From an uncultured bacterium (GTDB lineage: Bacteria; Hydrothermota; Tepidihabitantia; B3-TA06; CAYQJV01), in assembly GCA_964417925.1 (NCBI GenBank), contig CAYQJV010000005.1:176-64175 (forward strand): 64,000 nt of DNA. Direction: 5' to 3'. This document shows positions 56,541-64,000 of this stretch, one piece after another. The position numbers and the translations under genes are program-made. The notes below the pieces were generated by a model. The model saw only the letters and a list, made by a program, of their open reading frames with translations. It searched no databases and had not been told where the DNA came from. The stretch's first letter is position 1; each line of letters opens with the position of its first letter.

Positions 56541-57286
56541 GGATAATAACTTTTACAACCGATTTTGGAGATAAAGATGGCTTTACCGCGATGATGAAGG
56601 GAATGATTCTCTCCTATACCAAGAATGTAATATTTGTGGATATTTCCAATGAAATTCAACCCTTCAAAATAGAACAGGCAGAGTTCATTTTAAAAAACAG
56701 TTTTTACTGGTTCCCCGAAGAAACAATTCACATAGGTGTAGTTGATCCAGGCGTAGGTGGAAAAAGAAGAGGAATTATTGTGCATTATAAAAAACATTTT
56801 TTTGTAGGTCCTGACAATGGAATTTTCTCTTTTGCAGTAGAGGATGGAGGAAAAATCTACCGGATAAAAGAAGAACTTTTTAGCCAGAAAAGTCATACCT
56901 TTCATGGAAGAGACGTCTTTGCAACAACTGCGGGGATAATTCTATCCAAAGGAATAGAATGCATAGGAGAGCCTATTGAAAAAGCAGTGGTGTTAAAAGA
57001 AAAAAAGCCCCAGCAAAAAGGAAATAGAGTGATAGGAAAAGTTGTACACATAGACAGGTTTGGGAACCTTATTACAAACATAAAACCCTCGGATGTAAAA
57101 AAGGGAGTGATTTTTTTCAAAGGGAAAAAACTCACCTATAAGAGGTGTTATGAAGAAGGTGGTGAAGAACCCTTTTTTGTTATAGATGGATATGGGTACT
57201 ATGAAATCTCTTTAAAAGAGAAAAGTGCCCAAAAGTTCTTTAATGCAGAGATAGGTGATGAGGTAACATTTTTAAAGGAGGAATAA
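56537..57286 (+). CDS. SAM hydroxide adenosyltransferase (DUF62) family protein
   Basis: TDFGDKDGFTAMMKG and VVDPGVGGKRRGI motifs. Confidence 0.75.
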   Translation: MRIITFTTDFGDKDGFTAMMKGMILSYTKNVIFVDISNEIQPFKIEQAEFILKNSFYWFPEETIHIGVVDPGVGGKRRGIIVHYKKHFFVGPDNGIFSFAVEDGGKIYRIKEELFSQKSHTFHGRDVFATTAGIILSKGIECIGEPIEKAVVLKEKKPQQKGNRVIGKVVHIDRFGNLITNIKPSDVKKGVIFFKGKKLTYKRCYEEGGEEPFFVIDGYGYYEISLKEKSAQKFFNAEIGDEVTFLKEE

Positions 57287-57654
57287 TGGAATTCTTTTTT
57301 ATAGAAGAAAGATTCTTCAAAGAAAGAGCATCCTGGATTCCTCCTGTAGATCTTTTTCTAACCGATAATCATGTAATGATTTTTGCAGAACTTCCCGGTA
57401 TACAAAAGGAAGATATTGAGGTTACAGTTTCTACTGATTATGTAGAAATAAGAGGAATAAAAAGAGAACCAGAGGAGTTCAGGGATGCAATACATTTTTA
57501 TAAACTTGAATCATCCTATGGGAGTTTTGTGCGGAGAATAGGAATCCCCTGTAAAGTAATAGCAGATGAGACAGAAACCGAGTTTACAAATGGCATCCTT
57601 AAAATAAAGATACCAATAAAGAAAAAAAGAGAGATAGAAATACCCATTGAATAG
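57286..57654 (+). CDS. Hsp20/alpha-crystallin family small heat-shock protein
   Basis: WIPPVDLFLTDNHVMIFAELPG...GILKIKIP alpha-crystallin domain. Confidence 0.8.
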   Translation: MEFFFIEERFFKERASWIPPVDLFLTDNHVMIFAELPGIQKEDIEVTVSTDYVEIRGIKREPEEFRDAIHFYKLESSYGSFVRRIGIPCKVIADETETEFTNGILKIKIPIKKKREIEIPIE

Positions 57655-57663
57655 GGAGGAAAA

Positions 57664-60003
57664 ATGGCAGAAGAAAAAAAAGAGATAGAAATACCAAAAG
57701 AGATAGGAGTTGTTCCAATAAAAGGTGGAGTAATATTCCCAAATTTAGTTGCTCCACTTGTAATTACAACTCCAAGACTCATAAAATTGATAGACGATGT
57801 ATTATCAAAGCATAAAATAATATTTGTCGTCGCTCAAAAGGACACTCAGATTGAAGAGCCCAAACCAAAAGACCTCTACAGCACTGGTGTCATCTCTTTA
57901 ATTCTGAGGATGATGAGATTTCCTGATAATACCGTACGGCTTTTGGTTCAAGGTTTAAAAAGAGGTAAGATAAAGAAATTCACAAAAGAGGACCCCTATC
58001 TTGTTGCAGAAATTGAGGAAATAAAGGAAACCGTTGAAGATGATAAGGATACCAAGGCACTGATGCGGAATGTACTTGCTACCTTCCAAAAACTGGTTGA
58101 GATGGCTCCTTATCTTTCAGAAGAACTTGCCATAATGGCTTTAAACATCCAAACCCCTGATAAACTTTCGGACTTCATTGCCTCATATGTAAACTTCTCG
58201 GTAAATGAAAAACAGGAACTGCTTGAGGAAAAATCTGCAAAGAAAAGGTTGGAGAAACTTCTGAAACTCCTCTCAAAAGAGATAGAAATGCTGGAACTTG
58301 GGGAAAGGATAAAGGAAAGGGTTAAAGGAGAAATGGATAAGGCTCAAAGAGAGTACTTCCTGAGGGAACAGTTAAAGGCAATTCAAAAAGAACTGGGAAT
58401 GCTGGACGAAAAGACCGCAGAGATAAACGAACTCAAGGAAAAGATAGAAAAGGCTGGAATGCCTGAGGAGGCAAAAAAGGCAGCATATAGAGAACTGGAA
58501 AGACTACAACTAATGCCTCCCCACGCAGCAGAATATGTGGTAGCAAGAACCTATCTTGATTGGCTGGTAAATCTACCATGGTCAAAATCAACAGAGGACA
58601 ACCTTGACATAAAAAGGGCAAAAAAGATTCTTGATGAGGATCATTATAATTTAGAAAAGGTAAAAGAAAGAATTCTTGAATATCTTGCTGTAAAAAAGTT
58701 AAAACCAGATTCTAAGGGACCAATCCTATGTTTTGTTGGACCTCCAGGGGTTGGTAAAACCTCCCTGGGAAAATCAATTGCAAGGGCGTTGGGAAGGAAG
58801 TTCGTCCGGATTTCTCTTGGTGGAATAAGGGATGAGGCTGAAATAAGAGGGCATAGGAGAACCTATGTGGGTGCATTGCCAGGAAGGATAATTCAAGGAA
58901 TAAGAAATGCAGGAACAAACAATCCTGTGTTCATGCTTGATGAAATAGATAAGATAGGGGCCGACTTCAGAGGAGATCCATCTTCTGCGCTTCTTGAAGT
59001 ACTTGACCCTGAGCAGAACCATGCATTTTCTGACCATTATATAGAGGTCCCTTTTGACCTCTCCAAAGTAATGTTCATTGCAACTGCAAACATCACAGAC
59101 ACAATACTTCCTGCTTTAAGGGATAGGATGGAAATAATAGAACTTCCAGGATATACTCAAGAGGAGAAGCTTGAAATAGCCAAAAATTATCTTGTACCAA
59201 GACAACTTTCTGAAACAGGCTTATCTGCAAAGGATGTGGAGTTCACAGAGGAAGCGATAATGAAAATAATTGAGGAATACACAAGGGAGGCAGGGGTGAG
59301 AAATCTTGAGCGAGAAATAGGAAGTGTATTAAGGAAAATAGCAAGACGTTTTGCAGAGGGAGAAAAAGAGCATGTAAAAATTACACCGGAAAAGATTGAA
59401 GAGTTTCTTGGCCCACCTAAGTACTACTCTGAAATTGCAGCAAGAGAAAAAATACCAGGGATTGCCACTGGTCTTGCCTGGACTCCTACGGGAGGAGAAA
59501 TTCTCTTCATTGAATCCACAAAGATGCGTGGCAACAACAATCTTATCCTAACAGGCTCCCTTGGAGAGGTGATGAAAGAATCGGCACAGGCAGCGCTTTC
59601 CTATCTAAAGAGCAATGCAAGGAAATTTAACATTCCAGAAGAAAGTTTTGAAAAATGTGATATTCACATCCATGTTCCTCAAGGAGCGATCCCAAAGGAT
59701 GGTCCCTCTGCTGGAATTGCAATAGCAATGTCTCTTTTTTCACTTTTTACCCAAAAACCCATAGACCCAAAGATAGCAATGACAGGTGAGATTACCCTGT
59801 CTGGAAGAGTACTACCAGTAGGAGGAATAAAGGAAAAGATACTGGGAGCAAAAAGAGCGGGAATCACCACGGTAATCCTTCCAAAGGAGAATGAGAAGGA
59901 CCTTAAAGAGGTTCCAGAAAAAGCCAAGAAAGACATGAGGTTTGTATTTGTAGAAAACATAGACCAAGCAATTAAATTTTTATTTGATTCCAAAAGAGCC
60001 TGA
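57664..60003 (+). CDS. lon: ATP-dependent Lon protease
   Basis: Lon N-domain, Walker A GPPGVGKTS, proteolytic PKDGPSAGIA Ser-Lys dyad region. Confidence 0.95.
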   Translation: MAEEKKEIEIPKEIGVVPIKGGVIFPNLVAPLVITTPRLIKLIDDVLSKHKIIFVVAQKDTQIEEPKPKDLYSTGVISLILRMMRFPDNTVRLLVQGLKRGKIKKFTKEDPYLVAEIEEIKETVEDDKDTKALMRNVLATFQKLVEMAPYLSEELAIMALNIQTPDKLSDFIASYVNFSVNEKQELLEEKSAKKRLEKLLKLLSKEIEMLELGERIKERVKGEMDKAQREYFLREQLKAIQKELGMLDEKTAEINELKEKIEKAGMPEEAKKAAYRELERLQLMPPHAAEYVVARTYLDWLVNLPWSKSTEDNLDIKRAKKILDEDHYNLEKVKERILEYLAVKKLKPDSKGPILCFVGPPGVGKTSLGKSIARALGRKFVRISLGGIRDEAEIRGHRRTYVGALPGRIIQGIRNAGTNNPVFMLDEIDKIGADFRGDPSSALLEVLDPEQNHAFSDHYIEVPFDLSKVMFIATANITDTILPALRDRMEIIELPGYTQEEKLEIAKNYLVPRQLSETGLSAKDVEFTEEAIMKIIEEYTREAGVRNLEREIGSVLRKIARRFAEGEKEHVKITPEKIEEFLGPPKYYSEIAAREKIPGIATGLAWTPTGGEILFIESTKMRGNNNLILTGSLGEVMKESAQAALSYLKSNARKFNIPEESFEKCDIHIHVPQGAIPKDGPSAGIAIAMSLFSLFTQKPIDPKIAMTGEITLSGRVLPVGGIKEKILGAKRAGITTVILPKENEKDLKEVPEKAKKDMRFVFVENIDQAIKFLFDSKRA

Positions 60004-61165
60004 AGGGAAAATAGTAATCACGGATAGAGGAATCAAAAATATTCAGCAGGGTTCACCGTGGGTATGGGAAACTGAGATAAAAAAAGAGGAAAAACACCTT
60101 CCTCCAGGAGCCCTGGTGTGGTTATCAGACAGAAAGGGAAGGTTTGTTGGTATAGGTTACTACAATCCAAATTCCAAAATAAGGATACGCATGCTTACCA
60201 AAGAAAGAAAAAAAATAGATGTTGATTTTTTGGTACAAAGGATAAAAAATGCCCATAAATTAAGACGAAGTCTCTTCAACTCCTGTACAAATGCCTACAG
60301 GATAGTATTTGCAGAGGCAGATTATCTTCCTGGAATTATCATTGACAAGTACGACAAATTCATTGTAGTACAGTTTCATACTGCAGGTGCAGAAAGAATG
60401 AAGGAAGAAGTGGTAAAAGCAATTAACATATTATTTTCACCTCTCGGTATATACGAAAGAAACGATATTGAAGTACGTAAAAATGAAGGACTGGAAGAAA
60501 GAAAAGGAGTTTTGGATGGAAACCCACCCCCAGACGTGGTAATGATTCTTGAAAATGGGATAAGATTTCTCGTAGATATTAAAGAAGGTCAAAAAACGGG
60601 TTTTTACATTGACCAAAGGGAAAACAGAAAATCAATTGAAAGGTATGCTGAAGGAAGAGTTGTACTTGACCTTTTCTCCTATACTGGAGGGTTTGCGATG
60701 TATGCATTGAGAGGTAAGGCAAAACATGTAATATCTGTTGATACCTCTGAAAAGGCACTGCATCTTGCAGTAGAAAATGCAAAGATAAATGGGTTCAACA
60801 ACTACACCACGGTAAGAGAAGATGCATTTTCCTTTTTAGAGCAACATGAGGAGGCTGAGCTTATAATACTTGATCCTCCGGGATTCGTAAAAAGAGTAAA
60901 AGACATTGAAAAAGGTAGTAAAAAATACATTGCTTTAAACAGCATGGCAATATCAAGGATACGGGATGGCTTCTTATTTACCTCTTCATGCTCCGGAGGA
61001 CTAACCATGGAGGATTTCAAAAACATAATAAGAAAATCTTTTCAAAGAACTCAGAAAAAAGTATCTATCTTAGAGACAAGGGAAAACCCTCCTGACCATC
61101 CGGTCAACCCTGCCCATCCATGGTCTGCCTATTTAAAATCAATGCTACTGTATGTCTCTGGATAA
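59984..61165 (+). CDS. rlmI: PUA-domain class I SAM-dependent rRNA (cytosine-C5) methyltransferase, RlmI-like
   Basis: N-terminal PUA-like (QQGSPWVWETEI), SAM-binding LDLFSYTGGFA, DPPGF motif; TTG start overlapping lon end. Confidence 0.7.
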   Translation: MIPKEPEGKIVITDRGIKNIQQGSPWVWETEIKKEEKHLPPGALVWLSDRKGRFVGIGYYNPNSKIRIRMLTKERKKIDVDFLVQRIKNAHKLRRSLFNSCTNAYRIVFAEADYLPGIIIDKYDKFIVVQFHTAGAERMKEEVVKAINILFSPLGIYERNDIEVRKNEGLEERKGVLDGNPPPDVVMILENGIRFLVDIKEGQKTGFYIDQRENRKSIERYAEGRVVLDLFSYTGGFAMYALRGKAKHVISVDTSEKALHLAVENAKINGFNNYTTVREDAFSFLEQHEEAELIILDPPGFVKRVKDIEKGSKKYIALNSMAISRIRDGFLFTSSCSGGLTMEDFKNIIRKSFQRTQKKVSILETRENPPDHPVNPAHPWSAYLKSMLLYVSG

Positions 61166-63554
61166 GAGGTTAAGAGAAACACTACCTTTTGTAAAAAAGC
61201 CCATAAGATATGTTAACCACGAGATGTACTGCATTGTAAAACCGAGCGCCCGTGTATCGGTTGCCTTCGTATTTCCCGATGTATATGAAATAGGGATGTC
61301 AAACCATGGATTGCGGATACTGTATCACATTGTAAATAAAATAGAGAATGCAAAGGCAGAAAGAGTATACATTCCCTGGATTGATATGATTGAACAGATG
61401 AAGAAAAGAGATATTCCACTTTTTTCATTGGAATCCAAAACACCCCTATCCAGGTTTGACATTATTGGATTTTCCCTTCAGTCCGAACTCTCATACACAA
61501 ATGTATTGCTTGCTCTTTCCTTGGCAGATATACCTCTCTTTTCAGATAAAAGGAGCAAAAAACATCCCGTAGTGATAGCAGGTGGTCCCTGTACTGTAAA
61601 TCCTTTACCCTTAAAAGAGTTCATAGATGCCTTTGTTATAGGAGAAGGTGAAGAGGTAATGAGAGAGATAATAGATGTTTTCAAAAAGGAAAAGGACAGA
61701 GAGAAAAGGATAGAGGCTCTATCAGAGATAGAGGGGGTATGGGTACCTCTATTGCACAAAAAAGAAAAACAAATAAAAAAGAGATGGGTCAAAGAACTTA
61801 AGTATGAAGATTTTCCTATGCCTCCCCTGCTTCCATTTTCCCAGATTGAGCATGACAGATTAACCATTGAGATTGCAAGAGGATGTACCAGAGGATGTAG
61901 ATTCTGCCAGGCGGGTTATATTACAAGACCTGTGAGGGAAAGACCAGAAGAGGATATTATAAGAATAGCCCATGAAGGGATTGGATGTACAGGATGGGAG
62001 GAGGTATCTTTACTCTCTTTTTCTGTTTCTGACTACTCCGCATTTAAAAACACTCTTTCAAAACTCGTAGAAGTACTCTATCCAAAAAAAATTGCCCTTT
62101 CAATTCCATCTTTCAGAGGAGAAACTGTAGATGATGAAATGATCCGCCTGCTTTCGCTTGTCAAAAAGACAGGGCTTACAATGGCTCCTGAAACCGTTTC
62201 ACAAAAACTTAAAAAAAGAATAAACAAGTTTATAAAAGAAGAAGAGATATTTAAAGCGATCTCCATTGCAGAAAAGTTTGGTTGGAGACATGTAAAACTC
62301 TACTTTATGATTGGATTACCAGGAGAAACCTGGGAGGATGTAGAAGAGATTATAAGATTTCTTAAAGAAACCTCCAGAGTATTTAAAAGAATGAGCATAA
62401 AGGCACATGTATCTCCCTTTGTTCCAAAACCCCATACTGCGTTTCAGTGGGAAAGGTTTGAACCCATAGAGAGCTTGAAGGAAAAAATTGAAAAAATCAA
62501 AAGCGATACAAAAAAGGTAAGGAACATCTCTATAAAATGGGCGAATCCAGAAGCCTCACTTATAGAGGCTATTCTTGCAAGGGGTGATGAAAAACTGAAT
62601 AAGGTAATCAAAAATGTATTTGACATGGGAGGTATATTTCAGGAGTGGAGTGAGTTTTTTAGAATGGAAAGTTGGATTAAGGCCTTTGAGAAAGAAGGAA
62701 TAGAATACAGAAATTATACAGATGCAAAAACTGCCTCTGAAAAACTTCCATGGGAATTTATATTTGCAGGAGTGGATAAGGAGTTCTTGCTTAGGGAAAA
62801 GGAAAAGGCAGAAAAAGGTGAACTCACCGAAGACTGCAGGATTGGAACGTGTTCACGATGTGGTGCATGCAGTCCTGAGGAAATCAATAAATACAGAAAA
62901 AAAAGAGAAAGAAAATCTCCCTTGGTGATAATTCCCCAAAAAACAGAGAAAAAAACAACCGTAGAAAAGGGATTTAGAATAAAATTTGGTATAGAGGAGC
63001 CACTTAGATATGCAAGCCATTTGGATATTGTAAGAATGGTTTACCGAATGTTGCGTAGGTCTTCAATACCAATAGTTTATACCGAAGGTTTCTCCCCTCA
63101 TCCAAAGGTATCTTTTGGGCTACCAAAACCAGTTGGAGTAACAAGCAGAGGAGAATACTTAGACATTCGGGTAAAACCTTTTTATCATGGAAATATCGTT
63201 AAGGACTTAGAAAAAGTAGCCCCTCCAGGATTCAGGATATATACTTCAAAATTGTTCTATCCCCCAAAAGAATCTATTACAAAAATAATAGATGTTGCAC
63301 ATTATGAGGTTCTTTGTGAAGAGCTCACAGAGGAGATGTTGGAGAGAGCAAAAAACTCTTCTGATGTCTTATCTGCCTACATGAAGGACTCAACGCTTAC
63401 CCTTTTTCTAAAAGTAAAAGAAGGAGTTAAACTTTATAATGTTTTATCAACCATCCTTGGAAATGAAGAAAAAGCCCTCTCTGCTTCAGTGGAGAGGATA
63501 GACCTTTATGCAAATTATAATGGAAAATTAACAACACCACTGGAGGTGATCTAA
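61152..63554 (+). CDS. radical SAM protein (TIGR03960-like B12-binding/rSAM) fused to DUF2344 (TIGR03936-like) domain
   Basis: CTRGCRFCQAG CxxxCxxC cluster motif, 800 aa, C-terminal DUF2344-like region; conserved neighbour of RNase E/G genes. Confidence 0.7.
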   Translation: MSLDKRLRETLPFVKKPIRYVNHEMYCIVKPSARVSVAFVFPDVYEIGMSNHGLRILYHIVNKIENAKAERVYIPWIDMIEQMKKRDIPLFSLESKTPLSRFDIIGFSLQSELSYTNVLLALSLADIPLFSDKRSKKHPVVIAGGPCTVNPLPLKEFIDAFVIGEGEEVMREIIDVFKKEKDREKRIEALSEIEGVWVPLLHKKEKQIKKRWVKELKYEDFPMPPLLPFSQIEHDRLTIEIARGCTRGCRFCQAGYITRPVRERPEEDIIRIAHEGIGCTGWEEVSLLSFSVSDYSAFKNTLSKLVEVLYPKKIALSIPSFRGETVDDEMIRLLSLVKKTGLTMAPETVSQKLKKRINKFIKEEEIFKAISIAEKFGWRHVKLYFMIGLPGETWEDVEEIIRFLKETSRVFKRMSIKAHVSPFVPKPHTAFQWERFEPIESLKEKIEKIKSDTKKVRNISIKWANPEASLIEAILARGDEKLNKVIKNVFDMGGIFQEWSEFFRMESWIKAFEKEGIEYRNYTDAKTASEKLPWEFIFAGVDKEFLLREKEKAEKGELTEDCRIGTCSRCGACSPEEINKYRKKRERKSPLVIIPQKTEKKTTVEKGFRIKFGIEEPLRYASHLDIVRMVYRMLRRSSIPIVYTEGFSPHPKVSFGLPKPVGVTSRGEYLDIRVKPFYHGNIVKDLEKVAPPGFRIYTSKLFYPPKESITKIIDVAHYEVLCEELTEEMLERAKNSSDVLSAYMKDSTLTLFLKVKEGVKLYNVLSTILGNEEKALSASVERIDLYANYNGKLTTPLEVI

Positions 63555-64000
63555 TGCCAAGAAAGGAAATCCTTATTAATTCAACAAAACATGAAACAAG
63601 AATTGCCGTGCTTGAGGATGGTAAACTTGTTGAATTTTATTTTGAAAGGGAGAAAAAAAGCCCGGTGGGGAGAATATATAAAGGAAGGGTGGAGAATGTA
63701 GTTCCTGGGTTATCGGGAGCATTTGTATCTTTGGGTCTTGAGAAAAATGGATTTCTCCCACTTTCAGATATTCCTCAGGATGCTCTTGCAATGCTTCAAG
63801 AATCAGATGTAAAGACCGGAGAGAAAAAAGAACTTGACTTAAAAACAGGGCAAGAGATTTTGGTACAGGTTGTTAAGGAACCTGTGGGACAGAAGGGAGT
63901 AAGACTATCCTCTTACATATTTCTACCTGGAAGATACCTCGTTCTCATGCCAAACTTTGATTTTGTGGGAGTATCCAGAAGAATAAGGGATGCAAAGGAG
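63554..64000 (+). CDS. rng: ribonuclease G/E family (N-terminal S1 domain), 3'-truncated by window end
   Basis: ATG overlapping stop of previous gene (TAATG); INSTKHETRIAVLEDGKLVEFYFER...IYKGRVENVVPGL S1-domain signature; open to window end. Confidence 0.75.
   Translation, partial: MPRKEILINSTKHETRIAVLEDGKLVEFYFEREKKSPVGRIYKGRVENVVPGLSGAFVSLGLEKNGFLPLSDIPQDALAMLQESDVKTGEKKELDLKTGQEILVQVVKEPVGQKGVRLSSYIFLPGRYLVLMPNFDFVGVSRRIRDAKE

Overview
This is an AT-rich (about 35% GC by eye), gene-dense bacterial chromosomal window. The proteins are rich in K/E/I/Y, which suggests a thermophile. The seven T9SS C-terminal sorting domains and the CarboxypepD_reg-type TonB-dependent receptors point to an FCB-group-like or related candidate-phylum lineage; I cannot name the organism from sequence alone.

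Housekeeping blocks:
- tRNA-Leu(TAG)-tig-clpP-clpX at 1.9-5.0 kb.
- tRNA-Ile(GAT)-sppA at 27.4-28.3 kb.
- yitT, a flavoprotein, a DivIVA-domain protein, pnp, a TPR lipoprotein, a BamD-like gene and nadD at 37.7-42.5 kb.
- yjbQ, a zapB-like gene, zapA, a 6S-RNA candidate, rny, a DUF62 gene, hsp20, lon, rlmI-like, an rSAM/DUF2344 fusion and rng (partial) at 53.9-64.0 kb.

Accessory content:
- (i) A roughly 21-kb minus-strand operon (26.06 to 4.99 kb) with its own sigma70-like promoter. It encodes exbB-exbD-exbD-tonB, a BNR T9SS cargo, a lipoprotein, then two tandem paralogous three-gene modules, each consisting of a TonB-dependent receptor, a roughly 1000-aa T9SS-CTD cargo of unknown family and a PorV/PorQ-like barrel. 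It ends in a T9SS-CTD clostripain-like C11 peptidase and is punctuated by three GC-rich stem-loops at cistron junctions.
- (ii) A second T9SS-cargo operon (51.6 to 42.9 kb): a PQQ-propeller cargo, a BNR cargo, an FG-GAP cargo, a PorV-like barrel fused to two CarboxypepD_reg domains and an OmpA domain, a TtcA-like PP-loop ATPase with no canonical start, and lspA.
- (iii) A convergent pair of 1300-1470-aa proteins, each with tandem class-III cyclase-homology domains, a STAND NTPase and TPR repeats, flanking a lipoprotein (28.3-37.6 kb).
- (iv) A GGDEF-TPR diguanylate cyclase.

No transposases, integrases, CRISPR arrays or rRNA genes were seen.
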